IMG/VR virus record: IMGVR_UViG_3300024331_000060
Location: 1-60,967 of that record
Length of the DNA stretch: 60,967 nt
Direction: 5' to 3' (one strand)
Origin: a virus
Taxonomy: Duplodnaviria > Caudoviricetes
Made by a program: the position numbers and the translations under genes. Numbering within the stretch: the first letter of the stretch is position 1; each line of letters begins with the position of its first letter. Positions 45,640 to 54,616 of the stretch are shown one piece after another. Below the pieces are notes generated by a model. That model saw only the letters and a list, made by a program, of their open reading frames with translations, was not told the DNA's origin and ran no database searches.

Positions 45640-46512
45640 ATGACAGAACCTAATATTCAAGGTGTTCGTAGTCCTTCCAGCCCCCGAGAAGGGCTTCAGA
45701 AAGTCTTTGTATACGGAACTCTTAAGAAGGCGTACCACAACCATAAGTGGTATCTGGGAGAGGCTAGAGATCTAGGCCCAGCCACCATAGAAGGGTTGAT
45801 GTTTCATTTGGGCAGTTTTCCCGCCATCAATTTGGCTGAGAGTTTCTGCACCATACACGGAGAGGTGTACGAGGCTACCTGGGAGCAAATCACAGCCATG
45901 GACCACCTAGAAGGGGTGAGCAATGGCTTCTACACTCGTATCCAGGCCACAGTAAAGCCTCACGGAGTGGTCTGGATGTACATATTCACCCATGACAGGG
46001 CAGGAAAAGAGGAATGGCTAATCCCAGGAGGACGCTGGGAAGGGCCAGAAACGAATAAGGTGAAATGGCTTGGCTTCGGTAAGGGAGTCGAAGTAGGAGC
46101 TTTCGAAGCCAGATTAGCCTATCCCGGGGAAATCAAGATAGGACCCGGCGATAGTCCATATACCCTCCGCAGAAGCGGAGGGGACGATACTTATAAACTC
46201 ATAGACAAGAAGACAGGAGAAATCCTAGGTTCTTATAAGTATCTAAGAGATATGACGAGTAAAGATGGAACTCGAAAGCCCGTTCTTAGGCTACCTGCAG
46301 TTGCTCGTCCCACGCCAGAACAACCTTTGAATCCCCCCAAATCCGCTGAAATTACCGTCATCGGACCTCGGCCCGTAGATCAGCACCCCCATATCCCGAT
46401 AGTGTGGACACCGGACCAAAATGACAGGGATCTTGTCCATACTCCTGCTCCCGTTGAAGAAAAGATTCCACAGGCAGCCAAACTTCTTGGACTTAAGTAT
46501 GGAGAAGCTTAG
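45640..46512 (+). CDS. gamma-glutamylcyclotransferase (AIG2-like) domain protein
   Basis: VFVYGTLK...NH, GSFPA, IHGEVYE, MDHLEG...Y.R. Confidence 0.85.
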   Translation: MTEPNIQGVRSPSSPREGLQKVFVYGTLKKAYHNHKWYLGEARDLGPATIEGLMFHLGSFPAINLAESFCTIHGEVYEATWEQITAMDHLEGVSNGFYTRIQATVKPHGVVWMYIFTHDRAGKEEWLIPGGRWEGPETNKVKWLGFGKGVEVGAFEARLAYPGEIKIGPGDSPYTLRRSGGDDTYKLIDKKTGEILGSYKYLRDMTSKDGTRKPVLRLPAVARPTPEQPLNPPKSAEITVIGPRPVDQHPHIPIVWTPDQNDRDLVHTPAPVEEKIPQAAKLLGLKYGEA

Positions 46513-46625
46513 ATTGAACGAAGAGCAGAGGAAAGCCCTGGAAATCATAGCTGAAATGGTATTTCCAATAGGAGCCTATGACGATGTAGACGGTACCATG
46601 GAGATTCGTTTACACGGAGAGGCCC

Positions 46626-47657
46626 ATGAAATACTCTGCAATATCTTCAAAAGGAAATGGGATGAAAGGCGTAAGAGTAGACAAGTTTAAATTCTACGAT
46701 CTGGTGATCTATGCAGCTAGAGGTTCTAGTGGCGCAAGACGACTCGCTACCGCTCTTGGTTCTCGTCGATGGAGAGACGATCTGCCTGAGAGGTATACGA
46801 GGCGAAGGCCGTACTTCCGGGGGAACGACAGTCCAATGGTCGTTAATTGGGGGTCAACTATACATCCGAAGTGGCTCGACGACCACCGCTTTCGACTTAA
46901 GCCAATATACGTCAATCAAGCCGGGCCTGTTCGTAAAGCAATTGACAAGCTTGCTTTCTTTCAACACCTATCCGGAGTTGATGGGGTACCTCTGCTCAAG
47001 TGGACGGACCAGAGAGAAGCCGCTGCTCGCTGGCTGGAAAAAGGACGCGGAGTCGTCTGCCGAACTAAATTGGACGCAAGCTCTGGACAAGGCATTGTCC
47101 TCGCAAAGACCGTGGATGAACTCATCGACGCCCCTCTCTACACCCGATATTACCCCAAAACCCACGAGTTCCGAGTCCACGTCTTCAACGGAGAAGTGAT
47201 TGATTTAACTCAGAAAAAACTGAAAGGAGGCGCAGATGCTCGTCTTAATTCCGATACTTTTGTTCGCAGCCATGACAATGGCTGGGTGCATGCTCATGGT
47301 GCGTTGGATCTACGAGGAGTGGATCAGGAGAGATTGGGAAGGGCTGCTATTAGCAGTGTTTCTGGGCTCGGTCTCATTTTTGGTGCTGTCGATGTTTTGG
47401 CTGTTCTTGATCCCCCATCTATGGAAGACAGGTCTCGCAGTCTAAAATCTTTCAAGATCTGTGAGATAAACACAGGACCTGGACTAGAGAACCAGGCAAC
47501 CATTGAAGCGTATACAAGGGCCATTCTTGCCCTTAAATCGTCTCTAAAAGACGATAAAGCAATACTTGAATACAAGTCGGAGAAGAACAATGACGGCATC
47601 GAGCATAGTTTGGAAGGAATTTCCGGAAATCAACCGCAAAGTGGCGTTCCAATCTAA
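46626..47657 (+). CDS. ATP-grasp ligase (phiEco32-type)
   Basis: VVNWG, IDKLAFF, SSGQGI, APLYTRY, EFRVHV, VRSHDNGW, FGAVDV, EINTGPGL. Confidence 0.88.
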   Translation: MKYSAISSKGNGMKGVRVDKFKFYDLVIYAARGSSGARRLATALGSRRWRDDLPERYTRRRPYFRGNDSPMVVNWGSTIHPKWLDDHRFRLKPIYVNQAGPVRKAIDKLAFFQHLSGVDGVPLLKWTDQREAAARWLEKGRGVVCRTKLDASSGQGIVLAKTVDELIDAPLYTRYYPKTHEFRVHVFNGEVIDLTQKKLKGGADARLNSDTFVRSHDNGWVHAHGALDLRGVDQERLGRAAISSVSGLGLIFGAVDVLAVLDPPSMEDRSRSLKSFKICEINTGPGLENQATIEAYTRAILALKSSLKDDKAILEYKSEKNNDGIEHSLEGISGNQPQSGVPI

Positions 47658-48387
47658 CTTTATACCTCTGGACGGAGTGTCGCTGGGCTGTCATTGTGTG
47701 GCTATATCCGGAGTATCAGCTACTTTTGCGAATAGCTATCACGCTGCAAATCAGGGTCGCAACATAGCAGTCCTCGATGAAACTAAAGAGGAGCCTATTA
47801 AATACATCAAAGATAGACACTATGATCTTTGGATGGGGCCTATCGAGGAGTACCAGAAGGTAGTCAAATATCTCCAGGATATCAAGATAAAGCTAAAGGA
47901 TTTTGATACCAGCATCTACAGTGCAATTGCAAGTAGATGTAGTACATACCCCCTGTGGGTCATGAGTGATGTAATAAACTACGATGCACCAGCCCGAAAG
48001 ACGGATCTGGGTAGAAATACGGTGTATCAAATCGTTGGAAGTACCGGTGACTTCGCCCAATACTTAGTGGACAATAAAATTGGATACATAATGGGTACTC
48101 CAATTATCCAGAATCCTACGCATAGGACTTCCAAGAACTATTCCCTCAATAGAGGTTGGTTCTGGATTCCTCCGGACCATTTGAGTAGGGCAGTCAACGT
48201 TGCGGAAATTCACGGAGAAGAGAAAATCCCAAATAAAGAGACGTGGCTTGATACTGTAGGGCCTGATATCGGTATCCTTTACAACGGCGATAGCGCCGAT
48301 GCCGATAGGATTCTCAAGGCCGTCTTCAATGACGGAGTATTCCCGGAAGATAAACGATTTAAGCGAGAAGTTGCTCAGGAGGCATAA
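47590..48387 (+). CDS. hypothetical protein (CCG-motif-like family)
   Basis: LGCHC...FAQYL...G...QNPTH...WFWIP. Confidence 0.65.
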   Translation: MTASSIVWKEFPEINRKVAFQSNFIPLDGVSLGCHCVAISGVSATFANSYHAANQGRNIAVLDETKEEPIKYIKDRHYDLWMGPIEEYQKVVKYLQDIKIKLKDFDTSIYSAIASRCSTYPLWVMSDVINYDAPARKTDLGRNTVYQIVGSTGDFAQYLVDNKIGYIMGTPIIQNPTHRTSKNYSLNRGWFWIPPDHLSRAVNVAEIHGEEKIPNKETWLDTVGPDIGILYNGDSADADRILKAVFNDGVFPEDKRFKREVAQEA

Positions 48388-48797
48388 TGTCTCGAATTAC
48401 TATTAGCAATATCTATACAGAAGTTCCCGATGATTTGGCGGAGAAGGGTCTTGATGTTTCTACTGGCTTCACAGTTCGTGCGAGCAGTATACATCCACCG
48501 CTCGATAATAAGATCGGCACTTTTTATTTAGAGCCTATGCCGGGCTGTTGCGGTATAGTTGTGTCCACAAGATCTTTTCTTGAGACCAATTTCCGCGGCA
48601 ATCCGTACGGTGACTTATTCCATCAGTTAAAGGCTGCCGTAGCAAAACATGCTGGGTATTCAACCATGCTCATGACTACTCAGTTGAGGAATATTCCTGA
48701 AGTTGTGGGTGCCTCTAAGGCTCGATGGAAATTCTTCCATTATTTCCGCAATAAGCGGACGGACAACGATATTGGTATAGCTTTCAAGGACTTATGA
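48387..48797 (+). CDS. hypothetical protein (CCG motif, possible GNAT-like fold)
   Basis: PMPGCCG, FRG.PYG, GYSTMLMT, FRNKRTDN.I. Confidence 0.65.
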   Translation: MSRITISNIYTEVPDDLAEKGLDVSTGFTVRASSIHPPLDNKIGTFYLEPMPGCCGIVVSTRSFLETNFRGNPYGDLFHQLKAAVAKHAGYSTMLMTTQLRNIPEVVGASKARWKFFHYFRNKRTDNDIGIAFKDL

Positions 48798-48805
48798 AAT
48801 AGTTT

Positions 48806-48833
48806 GAAACTATTCGTGATTTGAGATGTCTAA
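48806..48833 (+). promoter_or_regulatory. putative sigmaE/ECF-type promoter upstream of the replication arm
   Basis: GAAACTAT-N14-GTCTAA, same layout as 31015-31042. Confidence 0.5.
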
Positions 48834-48969
48834 TAGTTCTTATTTTCTTCATAGTGAGTACAAGGATGTACGAACATAAGGACTATAAAATATTCATAGT
48901 TTTGTGAAGTATAGGATATACGTAACAAAACATAGCGTTCCACTACAGTGGAACGCATAGGAGATATAA

Positions 48970-49068
48970 ATGCTTTGGTACGATACTCTTCAGGTAATCG
49001 CTATTTTCCTATCAATAGCTGTTGCCTACTCCATTGTAGTTTGGGCTTGTAGCAAAAACTGGAACTGA
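48970..49068 (+). CDS. 32-aa single-TM peptide
   Basis: AGGAG RBS; MLWYDTLQVIAIFLSIAVAYSIVVWAC. Confidence 0.55.
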   Translation: MLWYDTLQVIAIFLSIAVAYSIVVWACSKNWN

Positions 49069-49069
49069 A

Positions 49070-49318
49070 ATGCCAAGATTTGATTACCATTCTGTTTTGG
49101 ACCATCGCATCGACAATCAGATCATCAAGAAAGAGGACCTGAGGTTCTACGAGCAGGAAACTGCTGAGGACTTCGCAGCTACCGAGTACCAGACCGATTT
49201 CATTCCTCGTAGCGTAGTTCGACTGCTCTCCGGAATGCATATCGTTCTTGAGAATCCGAGCCATATCCCGCACCCAAACGAAGTGTTCTATATCAATTCT
49301 ATGCCAGGAGAAGGCTGA
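49070..49318 (+). CDS. hypothetical protein
   Basis: Contiguous ORF in the plus-strand run. Confidence 0.55.
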   Translation: MPRFDYHSVLDHRIDNQIIKKEDLRFYEQETAEDFAATEYQTDFIPRSVVRLLSGMHIVLENPSHIPHPNEVFYINSMPGEG

Positions 49319-49319
49319 T

Positions 49320-49850
49320 ATGATTCCTTCAGCAGAACCTAGAGTGTACGATCAGCTCCACGAACATCTTAGTGCAAATTACACGCAGGTACCGGCGTTT
49401 ACACAAGTAGCACAAGCTATAGGAACATACGTTTCTTGCGGTGTTACCGTTCTTATGAACGTAGTCTTCGCGTCTCCTGAGCAAATAGTCCACAAAATAA
49501 TGAAAGAGCGGCATCCGAAAGATAACAAGACGATTCGGGAAGCATTCGTAATATTTTCGGATAAAGTTCGAGATGATGCTGAGGCTGCTCAGTATATTGG
49601 AACTGGCCAGCGCTTAGCGGACTATATTCGAGCGAATGCTTGTGGGGAGATCATTGAGATGGGTCCCAGGATGAACCCAAATTCCGGGAATATGATCAAA
49701 ATATGGGTATGGAGTCCAGCCCATGAGTCATTGGACCCTAAGCATAAGTACATGCCGGTATTCGGGAAAGTGCGGATGCCGGACATGTACGGAAATCTGA
49801 GTATCTATGAAGATGATCCACGATTTAATCGAGCTGTAAAGGCCCTATAA
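49320..49850 (+). CDS. hypothetical protein (CCG-motif-like family)
   Basis: VSCGV...FSD...LADYI...G...NPNSGNMIKIWVW; AGGAG RBS. Confidence 0.65.
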   Translation: MIPSAEPRVYDQLHEHLSANYTQVPAFTQVAQAIGTYVSCGVTVLMNVVFASPEQIVHKIMKERHPKDNKTIREAFVIFSDKVRDDAEAAQYIGTGQRLADYIRANACGEIIEMGPRMNPNSGNMIKIWVWSPAHESLDPKHKYMPVFGKVRMPDMYGNLSIYEDDPRFNRAVKAL

Positions 49851-49853
49851 AAT

Positions 49854-50123
49854 ATGTACGGTCCAAGTGATATGTACGGAGATCTGGATCTTGAAGATGT
49901 GGATGAATTCGAGGGGTTGCAGCCCGAAGATGGACGAGAGATTGCTCCTGATGGGCGGTTCCAAAGGGACGAGTACCGGACATTTGATGAAGACTTCGAG
50001 AATGATCTGGACGACTACGAAGAGGAAGAACTAGAAGAATATTGGGAATATGATCCAGAATCTGAAGAGGAAGAACTGCATGACGGAGATGGATTTCTCC
50101 CCGATGATGAGAGCCTTATATGA
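49854..50123 (+). CDS. highly acidic 89-aa protein
   Basis: 39 Asp/Glu by hand count; no Lys. Confidence 0.65.
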   Translation: MYGPSDMYGDLDLEDVDEFEGLQPEDGREIAPDGRFQRDEYRTFDEDFENDLDDYEEEELEEYWEYDPESEEEELHDGDGFLPDDESLI

Positions 50124-50437
50124 AAGGTGCAAAACCAATTCGTACGGTTAGGGACCTTATGGCCTACCTACAAGCCTGTCCTCAGGATGCTGATGTTCTC
50201 TTGATGCCGGAGGACGGAGAAGGTCTTATTGTGGGAGGAGTCCTTCAATTTGTCGATGTCAAACCCCCTCATAGGAATGAAGTCTGGATTCTTATCGATG
50301 AGTTCGGGGAGCAGACATCTACGGAGTGGGTAGAAGAGTGCGGAGAAGGCTGTGAGCGGCCAGGAGATATGGCTGTCATAGTCGAGGAAGAAAAGACGGA
50401 TGTAGTCCAAGTTCGTGGTCAAATGAGATCTGCGTAG
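50120..50437 (+). CDS. hypothetical protein
   Basis: TVRDL..YLQ.CP.DA.V pattern; ATGA overlap. Confidence 0.6.
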   Translation: MKGAKPIRTVRDLMAYLQACPQDADVLLMPEDGEGLIVGGVLQFVDVKPPHRNEVWILIDEFGEQTSTEWVEECGEGCERPGDMAVIVEEEKTDVVQVRGQMRSA

Positions 50438-50478
50438 CAGATACCTAGAATATCTTTTAACCAATTGGAGAAATTCAT

Positions 50479-50865
50479 ATGAATGGTGGATGGATACTTG
50501 CAGGAATCATTGCCGTCATAGCAACGGTAGCAGTCGGACTCGTTGGGTGCCCTCAGTACAGCGTATATGAGCAGAGGCTTACTGGAGAGGCCGAACTGGC
50601 TCGCGCCCAGCAGAACCGTCAGATTGCGGTTAATGAGGCTCAAGCCAAGAAGGATGCTGCTGTACTCTTAGCAGAAGCCGAGGTTGAGCGAGCTAAGGGA
50701 GTGGCTGCTGCGAATCAAGTTATCGCAAATGGGCTTAAGGGTAACGATGAGTATTTACGCTATCTGTGGATTACGGAAGTAGCAGCGGTTACTCATGGCG
50801 ATAAGACCGTCATCTATATCCCCACAGAGGCCAACATGCCACTTGGGGAGGCTGGAAAGCGATGA
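50479..50865 (+). CDS. membrane-anchored SPFH/band-7-like coiled-coil protein
   Basis: TM helix, then GEAELA...AEVERAKGVA.AN...YLRYLWI...IYIPTEAN.P. Confidence 0.7.
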   Translation: MNGGWILAGIIAVIATVAVGLVGCPQYSVYEQRLTGEAELARAQQNRQIAVNEAQAKKDAAVLLAEAEVERAKGVAAANQVIANGLKGNDEYLRYLWITEVAAVTHGDKTVIYIPTEANMPLGEAGKR

Positions 50866-51086
50866 AAACCAAAGGTTTTACGTTGGTAGAAGTAATAATC
50901 GTACTTGTGATTGCGGCGATTATTGCTCTTGTTTTCATCTCTCCATTGATGGGGTTTCCCTGCAGAATGCAGTGGGCTGAGTCGGGATTGCCGTACAAGT
51001 TCGGCATCCTTAGCGGATGCAAGATAAGTACCGATGGCGGAAAAACTTGGATTCCCGACAGCAAATACCGGAAAACGGATGAATGA
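50862..51086 (+). CDS. mini prepilin-like protein (type IV pilin N-terminal methylation motif)
   Basis: MKTKG|FTLVEVIIVLVIAAII with Glu5; Cys pair. Confidence 0.8.
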   Translation: MKTKGFTLVEVIIVLVIAAIIALVFISPLMGFPCRMQWAESGLPYKFGILSGCKISTDGGKTWIPDSKYRKTDE

Positions 51087-51907
51087 GCAATGAATACGTC
51101 CAATTACGGCACGCAGCGGCCGAGCTTGAGTCTGGCACCACCTCCCGTATCGAATGCCCCTTCTGCAATGGAGGATCAGATCGAGAAACTTCTTTCGCGA
51201 TCACGAGAACATCCGATGCTGAGGCTCTCTACAAATGTCACAGAGCCTCTTGTGGTAAGGCTGGACGACTCGCGGTCTGGGGATTCAGACTTCGGCAAAT
51301 ATCTGATAATTCTACCACTAAAGGGAAGTCGTTCACTCCTAGACTGTATACTCGTGAAACCAGAGAATTGGGAGAAGGCTGGACTTCCGAACTATTGGAC
51401 CGTTACGACATTAAATGTGATGAGTCAGCTTGGGCTGGCTGGCGCGAAGAATCTTATTCGAAGCTCCTCGTATGTCCTGTCCGCTCACCCTTGGGCGTGG
51501 TGCGCGGCTACGAGACACGTCGATCAAAGGTACAAGTACACAATGTCTCGTCCCCAAAGACGGAGCCGTACCGAATTCTGGATGAGCCGTGGTTGGGCTG
51601 GTACCGAAGAATTGCAACCGGTCCAGTTATCGTCATCGAGGACCCCATTTCATCGCTTAAAGTCTCTCGTCATTTCCAAGTGGCATGCCTTCATGGGAGC
51701 CACATCAACTTAGATATGCTGATAGAGATCATATCTCTAATCGGTAACGACGAGATCATTCTTGCCCTGGACAGGGACGCTACTAGCAAGGCCCTTAAAT
51801 TTGTTGTCGAATGGAGGTTCCTAGCTCCGAACTTTCGCTGTGTTCCACTGTCTAAAGACTTAAAGTATTCAAATGATTCTGAGATACGGGAGATACTCCG
51901 TGCGTGA
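51083..51907 (+). CDS. DNA primase (Zn finger plus TOPRIM)
   Basis: CPFC...CHRASC; VIED, LHGS, LALDRDA, DLK. Confidence 0.8.
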   Translation: MSNEYVQLRHAAAELESGTTSRIECPFCNGGSDRETSFAITRTSDAEALYKCHRASCGKAGRLAVWGFRLRQISDNSTTKGKSFTPRLYTRETRELGEGWTSELLDRYDIKCDESAWAGWREESYSKLLVCPVRSPLGVVRGYETRRSKVQVHNVSSPKTEPYRILDEPWLGWYRRIATGPVIVIEDPISSLKVSRHFQVACLHGSHINLDMLIEIISLIGNDEIILALDRDATSKALKFVVEWRFLAPNFRCVPLSKDLKYSNDSEIREILRA

Positions 51908-52367
51908 TCTATATGTAGAAAGTGTCGAGGGTAATTACGCAGGTTGCTGCGGGATTCAGGTAATTCACGGTTTCAATACCACTTCATCGAAGAAGCCTAT
52001 TACGGATGAAGAGTGGTACACCGTGATACTTACTAAAGAAGATCAAGAGTGGGACGATAATTTTGGCTTTGCGGATATTCTAGAGCCCAACGAATTGCTT
52101 CCAATAGTGACTTTTGCGCATGCCTCAAGCCAAACGGGACCTTTTTCTCCGAAGAAGTTTGCAGCGTGGCTGATCTCCAAGGGAGAGACTGTTGTAGAGG
52201 GACCTACTGCAACCAACCGTCCCTATCATAAAATCACTCCGTATTTCTGGGCTCCGTCCGAGAAATTCAAAGCCTCTGTGAAAGCATTCTGCGCCCAATA
52301 CAATAATAAGAAGAAAGTAGAAGCCAAAGAAGATGCAGGAACAAAACGAGGGACTGTCGCCGCCTAA
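51900..52367 (+). CDS. hypothetical protein (CCG motif)
   Basis: AGCCGIQVIHGF...FAAWL..KG...N....I..YFW. Confidence 0.6.
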   Translation: MRDLYVESVEGNYAGCCGIQVIHGFNTTSSKKPITDEEWYTVILTKEDQEWDDNFGFADILEPNELLPIVTFAHASSQTGPFSPKKFAAWLISKGETVVEGPTATNRPYHKITPYFWAPSEKFKASVKAFCAQYNNKKKVEAKEDAGTKRGTVAA

Positions 52368-52596
52368 AGATTATACGGAATATTGGGAAGCTCAGGTTCT
52401 TACCGTTCGAATTCTTCAGAACTCAGGTCTGAGGGTCGGAGTTAAGGATCGGCTTCCCATATTTCGTCTCTGGCGACTGATTGATAATAGGATGACAGGA
52501 GCTAGGAAGGATAACCTTTTGACGCTCCTCCAGGCAATGGTAGATATGAGAAAGGCAGGATTGGAACCACCACATAATGGCAAGACTTATGTATGA
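52333..52596 (+). CDS. hypothetical protein
   Basis: Overlap-coupled ORF. Confidence 0.5.
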   Translation: MQEQNEGLSPPKDYTEYWEAQVLTVRILQNSGLRVGVKDRLPIFRLWRLIDNRMTGARKDNLLTLLQAMVDMRKAGLEPPHNGKTYV

Positions 52597-52778
52597 ATTT
52601 ATTTTACCCTGTATTTGACCAAGCATGGGAAACTTTCTGCCCAGAACGCGAAGATGGTCAACACTGTGAGTGCTGGTATGATGGTGAAATCTGTTGTGCC
52701 TGTGGAGATGGAGAAGAACTAGAAGATGAACGAACGGAAGATATTGAGTGCATTCGTAAAGGATCGGAAGAGCTATGA
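52593..52778 (+). CDS. small Cys-rich acidic protein
   Basis: CP....HCECW....CCACG. Confidence 0.55.
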   Translation: MNLFYPVFDQAWETFCPEREDGQHCECWYDGEICCACGDGEELEDERTEDIECIRKGSEEL

Positions 52779-54036
52779 AGAAGTTAAAGAACTTCTTGAT
52801 CGCTCTGATTTTGATTCGATAACGCTACATCTGATTGATTTGGTTGGAGAATACTATGCCACCGACTCGAATGCTTCTAATGTCGATGTGGAGATCCTTG
52901 CCGACAGATTTGCAAGACAAAGCCAATCTGCGAAACTTGAGAATACTGTTAAGTCAATCCTCACCACACTTCCTGAGGTCTCTGGAGGAAATGTTCTTAA
53001 AGAACTCCGAGAAGTCAAAGCTTATCGACTTGGCCTCAAACTGGCGAATGCTTTCACTAAAGGTTCAACCGGACCCGAGGTTCAAAAGCTACTTCACGAT
53101 TACATGGAAGTTACCGAAGCAATTCCTGGTAATCGAGAAAATGACGAAGAGGAACCCCAGGACTTTACCGTCGAGGCGCTGGTTCGGAAGTCGTTTAATA
53201 CCGACGGGCTTATCAAGCTACTACCGAAATCTCTAACGGAGCATTTAGATGGGGGCGTACGTCCGGGCCATCATATTTTGGTTTTTGCACCGACTGAGAT
53301 GGGGAAAACTCTCGTTGTCATTAACATGGTGGCGGGATTCACAATGCAAGGATTGCGGACGCTTTATGTGGGAAACGAAGACCCCGTCGCAGATCTACAA
53401 ATGCGATACATTTCACGTCTCACAAACTTCAATAAACGAGAGGTCCTAAGTAATCCCTCGGAAGCCCAGAGACGCCTAGATAAGAGGAACTACAAAAATG
53501 TCATTTTTGCTCCGTTGGCTCCTGGAACTTTCCGCAAAATCAGGGACTTGGTCAAGAAATACCAGCCTCAGGTGGTGGTGCTGGACCAGCTTCGCAATAT
53601 CGATGTGGACAGCGAGAATCGCACACAGGCCCTTGAGAAAGCTGCTACGGAAGCGCGCAATCTCGCGAAGGCTATGGGAATTGTCGTCATCTCTGTCTCG
53701 CAGGCTGCTGACTCTGCATCTGGAAAACGCATTCTCAATCGGGGAGACGTGGATTCCTCCAACATTGGTATACCCGGACAGATGGACGTAATGATCGGTA
53801 TTGGGGCAGATGAAGAGATGGAGAAGATGGGCATGAGAATGCTCAGCTTTCCCAAGAATAAGATCTCGGGCAATCATCAACCTATTGAAATTATCATCAA
53901 TCCCTTGCTAAGCAAGGTGGTGGAGGCAGCAAATGACGAGTCGTATTCACAGTCGAGGTCTAGAGCAACTGGAGGCCCAGGTAGTGCACAAGGCAACCAG
54001 GGAGGAGCTGTATCTGGAACGAGTAAGGCCGCGTAA
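52726..54036 (+). CDS. dnaB: DnaB-like replicative helicase
   Basis: APTEMGKT Walker A, NED, VVVLDQL, VSQA, KNK. Confidence 0.9.
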   Translation: MNERKILSAFVKDRKSYEEVKELLDRSDFDSITLHLIDLVGEYYATDSNASNVDVEILADRFARQSQSAKLENTVKSILTTLPEVSGGNVLKELREVKAYRLGLKLANAFTKGSTGPEVQKLLHDYMEVTEAIPGNRENDEEEPQDFTVEALVRKSFNTDGLIKLLPKSLTEHLDGGVRPGHHILVFAPTEMGKTLVVINMVAGFTMQGLRTLYVGNEDPVADLQMRYISRLTNFNKREVLSNPSEAQRRLDKRNYKNVIFAPLAPGTFRKIRDLVKKYQPQVVVLDQLRNIDVDSENRTQALEKAATEARNLAKAMGIVVISVSQAADSASGKRILNRGDVDSSNIGIPGQMDVMIGIGADEEMEKMGMRMLSFPKNKISGNHQPIEIIINPLLSKVVEAANDESYSQSRSRATGGPGSAQGNQGGAVSGTSKAA

Positions 54037-54268
54037 GGCTTTCATGCGGACGGGGGAGAAATGTAAATATTGCAGTTTCGACCCTACAAGTGCAAGCGAT
54101 TATTGCGACGAGCACCGACCAGTCACTTCTTGGGACTCTCTTTCAGACGAGAAACTGCTAGAAAAAGCCAGTTTAGAGAGACCTGTGGAATTGTGGCATT
54201 GCTTTGAGGAACTTAAGAAGAGATATTTGCTTCTCAAAGCTCAGTCCCAGGACTATTCAGAGATATGA
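53933..54268 (+). CDS. hypothetical protein (start may be 54043)
   Basis: CKYC...CDEH. Confidence 0.45.
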   Translation: MTSRIHSRGLEQLEAQVVHKATREELYLERVRPRKAFMRTGEKCKYCSFDPTSASDYCDEHRPVTSWDSLSDEKLLEKASLERPVELWHCFEELKKRYLLLKAQSQDYSEI

Positions 54269-54412
54269 GTTTTCCTAATTTCTTTGAGGATCACTCCGAT
54301 GAGGATTTGATCCGAGAATTCCAAAACTGCTGTAATCCCAATTGTGCAGCTATAGCTGAGATGGTTAAACGATACAAGGAGGTTAAAGAGAGACTACAGG
54401 AGTACAAAGATC

Positions 54413-54616
54413 GTGGCTATTGATGATCTGGGCGAAATCTCCGATGAAGCTCTCTACGATAGATCTAAAGGGATGACGACGCTTATAGAGAAGCAGGCCA
54501 TAGCTATGAATAAAATCCACAATGAATTGTGGAGACGATATAAAAATAAGAAGAAAGAATGCGACGAGATTTCAAAGAAATTGGAGAGTGCCTCCCTAAA
54601 TTCCTGGTATCCTTAG
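54413..54616 (+). CDS. hypothetical coiled-coil protein
   Basis: AGGAG RBS and GTG start. Confidence 0.5.
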   Translation: MAIDDLGEISDEALYDRSKGMTTLIEKQAIAMNKIHNELWRRYKNKKKECDEISKKLESASLNSWYP

